From the NCBI GenBank assembly GCA_000708835.1, contig DF236966.1, forward strand, positions 1 to 64,000: 64,000 nt of DNA, in the 5' to 3' direction. Origin of the DNA: Klebsormidium nitens (lineage: Eukaryota; Plantae; Klebsormidiophyceae). This document shows positions 1 through 10,133 of the stretch, piece by piece. The position numbers and the translations under genes are program-made. The first letter of the stretch is position 1, and every line of letters begins with the position of its first letter. The notes beneath the pieces were generated by a model, which saw only the letters and a list, made by a program, of their open reading frames with translations, was not told the DNA's origin and did no database searches.

Positions 1-1527
1 TTTCGTCACACAATATGGAACCACTCAAGAGACATGCTTGGCTCCAGTAGAAAAACTATAGCAACTTTACCGCAGAAGCCTTTAAAGCAACTTGAATGGC
101 CCGTAGGGTACGAACTTCACGTTGCAACACAAGGATTACATGGTCAAACCCTTTGCAAAATCGCCTTCTCGACACGACCAGTCAGGATTGCGGGCTGCAC
201 TGGCGCATGCACGGCGGTTCATTACACAGCAAACAAACATAGACATGCTCTAGCGCAATTAATTACTGAATGCACATTGATTGGTCGATTGCGCAGAGGC
301 CGGCAAAAGTGATGCAGGTCAAATTCGAGGGAGAACTTTTACTATACAACGACAAGCTGGCCCCGGAAACAACCGCGTTCAGCACATTCATTCATTGGTG
401 ACAGGCTTTTGGAAGAAAACAATGTGACCCAATTACTCCGATCGGATCACCGACAAGATTCAGCTGCTCCATGTGCGAGGAAGGATTGCAAAGGAAAAAG
501 CAAGCACCGTCAGATAAGCATCACCGGGTTTATCATATGAATGGGCTTAATGGGCTTCACCAATCGTCATCGATCTGCTTGGGCACTTTCGCGTTCCCAC
601 TGATCGGATGACTCATCCTCGCCCTTTTGAATCGGCACAGATTGCCGCCGCGCATGACAAGCAACGACTAGACTCGAAAAGAAGTGCATTTAAGGAGTTC
701 TGGAAGCAGACTTGTGAAAACCAGGCACTCATTCAGTCGACGTGTGATTTGGCAGCGACTCCAAACACAGATTGTAATCTCGACCACAACGTGACGCTTG
801 AGCTCAGTGAGGCGCGAAGGCCTCAATAATCGTTAAAGATCATAATCGAACGACTCTAACAAACCCAGCTCGAACCTTCAAGCTTGTTCCTATTTTACCA
901 ACTACGTCAGGTCGAAAGCATCAGAGACGGCTGCAAACTGTTTCGAGTCAGCCCGCGCATATCGAAATGAAAACCAGCAGCGGACATACACACATGATAG
1001 ACTAGCCTGAGAGCAGAGCCGTCAATTGAATATTGAAGGCGCATGGAAAAACCTACAGGCTCGCGAGCATGAAACCAACATCGCATACCTTAATGAAGCA
1101 TGCTGTCGATCTAAGTTTACGAAAACAATCAATCAATCTGCTCCTCTAGGTTTTTCATGCGGGCAAGAAACGAACCCATTGATGCAATATGCTGGCAGGA
1201 ACCAGTCAACAGCCCTCGACAGCCTCCAGACGCCAAAATACCATCGCATTACGCTCGCAGGCGCATTATAAAGACACAAGAAACGAACGAATCTGGGCCA
1301 GCTTGTCGTTTTCCGGATTCTTGTGCTCCGGTCAGATTGCGCTCGCTTTCCCCTCAATCAGATCCAGAACATGACCGACATCTGCAGCCAGACGCTTACT
1401 TTCAAGGTATTCAGAAAGTGGCAATCACTGGATATCGGATGCATGTTTGCTTGATAGATAACAATCTCCAAGGAGCACGAGGTCAATACAAAGAATGAGG
1501 ATTCTGAACAAGCATTAGGACCTGCTC

Positions 1528-4500
1528 CTATTGGTCTTCCTTGGACTTCTTTTTCTTTTTCTTTGGCGGCTCCTCTGCGGGTTGCGCGCCCCCATCCTCC
1601 GCCGCAGCTTTCTTCTTCTTTTTCTTGGTCGACGGCTCGTCGAATACAACCTCCTCCTCCGCAGCTGCAAAGGAGATTACGACACGCTATTAAGTCTTCT
1701 TGTTTGCGGAGGTTTCTTTATTCGTACGGCTTCTTTTCACAAGAAACTAGTCGAGCTTACTTGACCGGTCCTGCTTCGTCCCGCAAGAAAGCAGTCTCCA
1801 AAAGTCTCTGATTGAGTCTCGACACAGCGCCACTCATCAGAAGTCAACAAAAGATGCATCACAAGATCAACAATGACGATGAACGGTTGAAGTTCTTGGT
1901 ATAACGGAGATACATAGAGATTGAGCTCAGACTCCGTAGAACCAACACTGCGTCTTCAATCTCATCATGCTTAGAGACACTTCGAAGTAGTTGAGCAGAA
2001 ATCGAGTCCACCGGTGACGCCCAGGTCGCAGACTGATTCTGACCATGCAAGTCGGGGACTTGTAGATTGTACTAAGGAAACGAGAGAACAAACACTTTTC
2101 CAACTTTAGCGAAACCATCCCTGAACACGACAGAGACAAAGTCTCCCCAGAACGATGACACAACTTGTACCCCGTCGACCCTTCAACAGACGAGCGCCGA
2201 TAGTGCTCTCACCTGCTTCCCTCTTCTTCTTTTTCTTCTTCTCCCCGTCGGCGTCCGCTGCAGCTTGCTCCGGCTCCTCTGCCGGCGTCGCCGTTTCCTC
2301 TACCGCCACCCCCTTCTTCTTCTTCTTCTTTTTCTTCTCCGAGGTGCCTGCAGCAAACGCACGGAGACAAGCGCAGTAAGCACTTTGGTTTTCTTGGGCG
2401 ACTGCCTCATTGACCTTTCCAACTTGCTCTTTGTAGGGAAGTACGAAAGTTGTTTGCTTTTGACTTCTTTTTGGCGCAGAGCGCAAGACCAACAATCTAC
2501 AACCGGCGAATCGAGCACAGTTTGACGGAAAAGGCCCGGATGGCTCTGCCGTAAGCTGTCAGGCTCCTTGCAAAATATTTTGTAACGGAACACCGAGTCG
2601 AACTCAGCAAGTATTGACCGCAACCAAACATGCGAGCAAGCGTTCTTTCTACAAAAGAATCGTAAAACCCAGAAGGGGACTGGCCAACACCAGTCCCAAA
2701 TCAATGCTGAGAGAGACAACCACAAACAGAAATCAGTTCCACTTGCAGAAAACGCTGCCCTCAGGAAGACCTGTGTCCCCACATCCGGGCCTTTGCTCAA
2801 CTAGCAAAAGGGGACCGCGGGCTTGCCTCCCGCTTTCGGACCAAACCCTCTACAAACCCCGGCCGTCAACAATAGTCGGCCGACGTCTTTAGAGGGATGG
2901 TCCTCGACAGGAGACGCCCCCGCAGCCACTCCCGGTGGTGTCAGTGTGGTTAAGGAAATAACTCATCATTGGGCAGCATAGGTATCATGTAACCAGAGAG
3001 GAGCGAACCAGTCGATCAACAGAGAAGATGATACGAACATCCTTGAACCGTGCCGGTCTGTGAGCGTGAAGATTGCCAACCGCAGACCAACCGCAGGAGC
3101 GTCAGATAATGCACTAGTTGCGGTTACGGTGCTCCAGAACAGCACATGAAAGCCGCTCTTGACTCTTCCTTCGACCAGCTCAGACGGCTCCAAGCAGCGT
3201 ATGCATGGCATCCCATCCAATTTCATCCAAAGCAACCCAATCGCAGATGACCATAAGCTTGCGGACACAGCGTAAAACCCCCCGTCTTGTTTCACACTGA
3301 CAGGCCAGACGACTAGAACGGCCGATAAAACCCGGCACCACCGAAGTGGACTGGTCCAATGAGAGCGCACGCACCAAACCGTGTATCTGAACACACCAAA
3401 CTCAAGTAGTCTTTTGTCACACACCTTTCACGCAGCACTTTCGAAGGACGACAAAAGAGCCTACCAACTCCAACGAGAATTCAAGTTTCGCGACCAGCCA
3501 GATCAACAAGAGTCAAAACGCAACAACAGCTAAGACCGAGCCTCCAGAACTGACGTGGCCAATCCAGCAGTCATTTCCATAACTCGTACCAGTGGAGCCA
3601 TTTGAGTGCCACCGGGCAACAACAATCGTTCTGAAAAGAGGAAAGAAAGCACGAACGGAGAGTAAAGCGCGCACCTGCTTCAGCGGCGTCCCCGTTAGCC
3701 GTGTGCAGCTCCTTGATGACGGCGTGCATGACGTCAATGTTCTTACGGGGCGCGATGCCCTTGTCATAGAACTCGAGCCGCTCCTCCACCTGTTCCCGCA
3801 ACTTGACGCCAAATGCCGACGTGCTCTCCTCTGCAGATAGAAAAGTAGGAACAGGATCGGCACGGGGTTTGCTTACTCGTCTGCCCGGCAAATCAGGATT
3901 ACAACACTCTTGAAATGGCGGCTTTTGCTCTGCCTTGTGTTCGGCTGAGTCCATTCATCGCTGACACCTTTCCGACCTACTTCCTTGGCTTCGACAGATC
4001 CAGGAATATGCAAGAGGGGCGGACTGATAGAAAGTGGGAAGGTGCTCTCTACTCCGAATGCTGGTGCTGGCCACCGTCAGAGGCACAAAGAAAGCAGACA
4101 CTCTGATGCCAGCAATCTCGTACGACAACGTTCAGCAGGGAGGCGAGGGGACAGTTCCAAGGCTGACAAACTCCGAAAAACGACAGAGACTACAGATACT
4201 GCCTAAACCTAAGTGGAAGTCACGAGTCATCTGCTCACTTCGCTATGCGGTGAAGTCCCTAAGATGAATTCGGCCAGGGCAACTGGCAGATTCGGATCCG
4301 GTATGTTTAAAACTCTCCTCCGAGGACGTCGGCAGCTTCGTGGTACTTTGAATTCTTGATCAACTCCCCTTTCTAAACAAGATAGACGAGGCCAAAAGTT
4401 GAGGGGCAAGAAATCTGCGCGCAGGCTTGATAGACTTGAGAGCTCACCTTGGAAGCAGTCTATCCTGGAGGCAATGGAGCACTTGTTGGCAAGATACCGC

Positions 4501-7500
4501 GATATCCTGCCCTTGTTGCGCGCGGTCGCCCTCCCAATGAAGGACGAGTGGAAGATCAGCCCGTACTTCGGCGTGTTGCCCTTCGTCTTCAAGGCTCTGA
4601 GAAACAAGAATAGCTGACGTCAGCAGATGAGGCAAGGTACGGGGGCAGGGAAAGATACGTTTAAAGAGAGGAAAACAGTACTGGAAAATGGCGTCGAATC
4701 TGAGCACCTGCAAGCTTGAAGCAACGCAAGACGTCTCCATTCGGTCCATCATAGAAGAAACCTTGCACATGTGTGCGTGACGTGCGGTTTTCTTATGGCT
4801 CTGCATGACAGCAGTAGCTTTGGGTGCGCTACCCAAGAAAGAGTTCGTCTTTGCCCGAGAACACGACAAAGCCAGAGGCTATGAAGAACACGCTATACTG
4901 CAATCGCGGATGGGCATAAACCAGCAACAACCAATTGGTTGGACCCGCCCCGTTGCAGACCGCTTCTTGAATACACCAATCTGCAACAATCCTACTTCCT
5001 TGCACAGGAGCGCTAATGCAAAAAACGAGTGCGTGGTAAGGACGTGCTCGATACAATCATTGATCAAAACCTCAAACTGAGCTGCTATGAATTCTTCTTG
5101 ACACTGAATCTCTACTCAGGACCTCTGATGATGGTGCGCATTGCCTTCGACATTTTGCACTTGAAAAATGACCGCTGGCAACAACCATTTTAGACTTCCA
5201 GGGCTCATTTGCTCGCACTTCGTTTGGAAGAGATCCCAACCTACTGTGTCGTCTTAGCCCTCACCAACCAAAACAAAAACAGCCAAAAAGTATGAATTGA
5301 CCCATGCCTAATGACGATGGCACAAACAAAAGGGCAAACACAAAGGATGCAGCCCTCCAAGATTAAGGATGGTGAGGAGCTCATATCGAATTCGAATGAA
5401 AGCATGCACCCAATCCCAAGAACTTTCCTGAGAAGCGACAAGAACAACAACGGACAGGCTCGCCCCGTGGTCAACAGACTGAAGATTGCAGATCCAAGCA
5501 GCACCGCAGGATTCTGCAGGTCTCGAGTACGCATATGAAAACAACACTGCTCCTTGTGAAGGCGCCAGAGCATTCTGCACTGAAATTCAGCAGAGAGGCC
5601 AAGAACTACGCAGAAATACTGGTGCAACTGAAATTTGCAACGAAGTCCCTGATTTACGAGATCGGACATAAACTATTTGTGCTGTGTGCCACCTCTGTAG
5701 CTGACAGACTGTGTAGATTCAAAGAAGACTTATCATCAGCCAGCGCGATGGAGGCAAAACAAGGCGTGGCACAGACGCAGAGCTAAGAGTCGTCTTTCCG
5801 CCACTCAAAGAGGCATCAGCATTCCCCCTGAACCCTGGGATCAGTGAGTTCATTCCCAACAGGCTGGATCGTCTTTGCCTCACCGAGAAGCCATGGCCTG
5901 GCTTCTCAACACCTTACAAGGACACTTGAACCAAAAGGCTCCAAGAAAAAGGAAATAGACCGATAAGTTCATGAACATTCATCCGACAACAGGCACACGC
6001 CCCTCTGATACATCCACGAACCCAAAAAATCGATACCTCACGCGTCTACTCTACTTTTCGCTATACAATTCAACCGGCCAAGTTACGGTACATTGCAGCA
6101 AAAACCAACAAACTGGCCCCATTTGAGCACCTGAAGAGCGCCTTCTCCGCCCCCAGAATCTGCACAGTGGAAGCCGGGTACTTGGCCAGGTTGGTCAGAC
6201 TCCCCGCGTGCGAAATGAGACGCGCCCCGACCATCTCTCCGATGAGCGCCGCCAGGTTCGGCGCAACGTCGTTCATCTTGGAGACGAGGTATGCGTGCAG
6301 CTCCTTGCGGTACTCGACCAGCTCGATCACGCGCTGCGCAAAGTTCTCGATGTTGATCAGGTCCACAGGGGAAATGTCCTGGCCTGCAGCAAGAAACGGG
6401 CGGAGTTTTAAAATATTCTCAAACGAGCGTGAGCCCTGCATTTTGGCAGCAATTGGGCGATTTGATTGAAGACAAGCCTTTGCAAAGTTCAACGAGCTCG
6501 ATCACGCGCTGCGCAAAATGTCGACGTCGATGAGGTCCACTACGGACATATCCCAAGAAAGGGGGGCGGGTCCTCAAGAGAACTGGGATCAAAGTGAGCC
6601 CTGCCATTTTGCAATTAATGATCGACATATCAGGGAAGAGAGGAGCTACATACGGATCCCCTGATCGACAGGAGAAACGTCCTCATCTGTAAGAACATAC
6701 TCTTGAACCAACATGCGGAAAGGCAGAGGTAGGAGCGAAACCAACACTACAGAGCAGGTTTGGAAGGAACCAGGTACTGCCCAAACTTCTGCGCATACTT
6801 TTTTTTGAAGAAACGCAGCAGCGAATGCTTTCTGCTTGTTTTCAAATTGTCTTATAAGGCCTCTGCGAAACAGCCCCCTGAACAAAAGTGAACACCATTG
6901 GAGGCACAAAGAACATTGACCCAGGATCTGAAGAAGCAAGATACGCGATGCTACTGCATATCAGGAAAACCGAGCACCTTAAGATCAAAAGCTCACCCAT
7001 GGACGCCTTGGCGGCCTCCACGACCTCCTTGGCCTTGTCCTCATCCCCAATGATCTCTGTGAGCGACTCGACGGCGTCGTCCGACAACTGCGACTTGTCC
7101 TTGATGTACTTGGCCACCTTGGCGTACTGGTAGTTGTCGTTCACAATCTTCACCAGCTCAGGGAAGTGCCATGAGTACCACTCCCTGCAGCAAACATTGT
7201 ACCTATTAGATTGGAGAAACCTTCGTCGTGAGTTGTCAATCTCTAGTCCATTGATTGCTTGTACATTGTGGGGTGTGGTATCTTCAGAGGAGCTATAGAA
7301 CCTGGTGGGCGGCGAACCACATTTTCACAAACCAATGTGGTTATGACCATGGAACCCAATAGCTGTTTTGTTAGGTACACCTCCACCAGGAGCTTTTCAA
7401 CGCTGCTGATACAGAACCCTTGAAACCAAACATTAAGCCTTTCGTTGCGTGTTCGAGAGTGACCGCGTAGTCCTCATGCTCCATTGCGGAAAGGAAAGCC

Positions 7501-9569
7501 AATATTTTAATCTCCAAATTGCCAGAATTGAGGCTGCAGCTCACCAAAAACAGCCGCAGCCAAGTGCCCTACTAAGTTATGAAAGAAATTAAGACCTTTT
7601 GAAAAGCCTACAGGGATGATAAAACAGCTTCACAGGAGCTCTGCCCTTTGGTGGTGCTCACCTGACTCGCATGACGAAGGTGTTGACGTCCTTGTCAAGC
7701 GTGTCCAGCAGGGAGATGCTCTGGATAATCATGTTGTCTACACGGTTTACGTTGAACTTGACCTTGGACCGCGAGTAACTGTGAGACAGCCCCAGCTGCG
7801 CCTTCTCAATGTCGCCCTCCTGTGATGGGAGTTGAAGTTAGCTACAATTTAAATGGCTAAAAACTCGCTCTAATTTGGCTTTCAAAAACATCCTTGCTTT
7901 GTTTTTTTCATATGTTCTTTCAGCGACCACTAGTAGCCTTCCCCAATGGGGCCCCTCAGATGCAAGAATGGCCACCCTAACCGGAATTCTGGTTGCAACT
8001 GACAGCAGAAGCTGCGGAGTGCACATTCTCAATAAAGTCCATTTCGTGATTTGGCATACTCAACCGCTTTATGACGCACTTACTCCAGACCTTGAACTTT
8101 CTTCCCAGCCATGTTGTCGTCCTTTCAATCTAAAGGGAGGACCGTACTTAAGGAACCAGACATGTACCGCTTGCCGGAATTGACGACAGACAGCGGCCCA
8201 AAAGAGCTGGCCTTACTCAACGAACACAAGTAAGCCCCTAACCTTGAGGTCCTTGACGAAGCGCTGAAAGTGCAGCCTAATCCCCCGGATGAACTCCAGC
8301 ACAAACTCGTTGCTCTGCACCGGCACGCTAAGGGCCTCAAAAATGGACGACCCCAGCTTAGGCTCGCCCACGCCCAGGCTGAACTTGGCCTTCTTGCCAG
8401 GCTTCACCTTGGGCAGGTTCATCTCCAAAAAGTTTTGCAGGTCCGATGTCATGATGCCTGTTGCATTAAGGGTCCGGATCAGCAAACTGGCCTGGCAACA
8501 AACGCTGCCCGTTGCATTGGCTGATGGATATTTTCATGGTTGTCCTGAAGACAATCCTACGTAGAAACAAAGAACCTCCCAGTAGCATTTCTTGATCCAG
8601 AAACAATCGCATCTATGCACCACCACAGAATGCTTTCTTTCTTGCATTCAATGTAAAGACCTCCAGCACCACTTAAAGGCAGTCTGGCGGGCCACAATAA
8701 CAATATAATCAACAGTGGTAACGGCCTGGTAATGGTCTTTCCCACCATCCTCTTTCACTGACTCCATGCAGAAAGACTTTCTACACTACTCCTTACCACA
8801 ATGGCCTCTACTTATATAGGACCACGAAACCCCTAATTCCTTCTACACGGATGCAGATTGAATCTTTTGTTTGACTGCTTCCATCTGTGCTCGGGTATGC
8901 AGCGACTAAATTGTATACTGAAGTATCACAAATGCAATTCCTATCACACAATCCAGGCCTGTGCACCACACATTCTTTCAGTGCCACATTCACAGGCCTC
9001 CCAGTCTCACCTTCTGAGACAGCATTGATCTGCTCGAGAGCATCTGCCGCAGATGCAAAGGGCTTAAACGCCTCCAAGTGCACCACTTTGCTGAACCGCG
9101 TGAGCTCAGTCACCGAGTCCTGAACTGCAGCAGCATTCTGGCCAATCTCGTCCAGCGCAGTCACATTGAAGAGGGCGTAACCGGACGCTGATTCGTACAA
9201 TATGAAGAGCGCCTGTATCAAACATTGAAGAGCGAAGATAAATATGAAGAGGAACGAGTGAGCAGCAACCATTACCAAGGAAAAGACAGCTTTCCTGAAG
9301 AGAAACAAAGAATCAAAACAACCTCCAGTTGAAGGCCTCACCACCCACATATGGGCACTCATTGCTGAAATGTTTCAGTTCCTCCTGTATTTGAATCTGC
9401 TTACGCTAACTTAAAACTTAGATTCGCGATCACCGCCACTACCAGCATTTGCTCCAACAAGTATTGTATTCCAAAATGCGGGAAAGTGCATTCAAGCTGT
9501 AGAAGTGGGCATCACAGACCAGAATAGCAAAGAGTAACCGTTAATCCTTCTGCAAAAGCAGCTTACCAT
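1528..9569 (-). CDS. NOP56: Nucleolar protein 56 (box C/D snoRNP core), 10 exons: 9567-9569, 9011-9212, 8243-8457, 7662-7819, 6997-7184, 6131-6383, 4448-4596, 3675-3830, 2213-2347, 1528-1664; 531 aa
   Basis: Exons translate to [79 protein letters not shown] and [13 protein letters not shown], with a KKE/D-rich tail. All junctions are GT-AG with matching phases; exon lengths sum to 1596 nt. The first coding exon is ATG only (ATG|gtaagc). Confidence 0.96.
1837..1968 (-). ncRNA. Candidate box C/D snoRNA in NOP56 intron 9
   Basis: Minus strand shows C box ATGATGA (1968-1962), D' CTGA (1930-1927), C'-like GTGATGC (1862-1856) and D CTGA (1840-1837) in canonical order. The terminal stem is weak. 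Confidence 0.45.
2754..2977 (-). ncRNA. Long (224 nt) structured box C/D RNA (snoRNA/scaRNA-like) in NOP56 intron 8
   Basis: Perfect 7-bp terminal stem GCTGCCC/GGGCAGC flanks C box ATGATGA (2969-2963) and D box CTGA (2764-2761). D' CTGA is at 2944-2941. Long internal hairpin at 2838-2903 (GGACCA/TGGTCC, CCCTCTA/TAGAGGG, CGGCCG/CGGCCG). Confidence 0.8.
6490..6695 (-). repeat. Degenerate tandem copies of the NOP56 exon 6 5' end within intron 5
   Basis: 6495-6517 is identical over 23 nt to exon sequence 6320-6342. A second, more decayed copy (tacag|atGAGGACGTTTCTCCTGTCGAT, EDVSPVD vs QDISPVD) lies near 6660-6695. Confidence 0.8.
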
Positions 9570-10133
9570 GGTTACAGCTGCACCCCAGGAACTGGCCCCT
9601 CAACGGGGCAGCCTGTACGCTTCCGACTATCTAAACCAGGCAGCCCGCCAGGCTTATGGCTTGCCTGAAACCAACTATCTCTTGGCGTCAGCTGCCCCCT
9701 AGATTTGCCGCACTCTTTCTCTCTGTTGAAGTCGTTTGCAAGTGCTCTTCAAACTTCAGTTCCAAGACGCAAGAGCTGTTTCAACTTCAAGTTTCAAGGG
9801 CTGGATTTGCGGACTTCTTTTTTAGAGTGGATGGCGAAGGACATCGTCCAATACAAGGCCCTGCAGCTCCACCCTTCGACAAGGGAATACAATCAGCTAT
9901 ACTGGAGGCCCTGTTTTCAGATGAGCAAGTTCATTTTTTGAGGGATCACCTTGAACCTGAAACTTTTACACTGATCAACAGCGTACCTATGCAGCAAGGA
10001 TTCCTCCGCTCTATGGAACCAAGTGGCAAGACAGAAGCTTGAAGCTGAAGTTGAAGGCGCTGCTACAGCCTCTGACGTACCAGAACTTTATTTTAGTCTG
10101 CAATTCTTGCCTGACACAGCCTCACGAGTCACA
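9570..10133. promoter_or_regulatory. Divergent (head-to-head) spacer between NOP56 and the D27-like gene
   Basis: Start codons point away from each other, about 565 bp apart. No specific motif identified. Confidence 0.5.

Noticed and set aside
311-410. Possible terminal exon VKFEGELLLYNDKLAPETTAFSTFIHW* of an upstream gene
   Set aside because: Weak acceptor, no recognisable motif, and no upstream context in the window.
1745-1800. Possible extra NOP56 exon (DEAGPVK) with a gtaagc donor
   Set aside because: Exons 9 and 10 join in phase without it, and no good acceptor was found.
3175-5990. Other CTGA/TGATGA-like box pairs in NOP56 introns (about 3180-3228, 5587-5738, 5841-5984)
   Set aside because: Degenerate C boxes, no terminal stems and no recognisable target complementarity.
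7307-7320. Short matches to 18S rRNA-like sequence in NOP56 introns (gtggttcgccgccc here; caccaccgggagtgg near 2926-2940)
   Set aside because: They are in the sense orientation on the transcribed strand, so they cannot act as guides; short and probably coincidental.
9705-9941. Protein-like short ORF MAKDIVQYKALQLHPSTREYNQLYWRPCFQ upstream of the D27-like gene
   Set aside because: No family recognised and no splice support; at best an unverified uORF.
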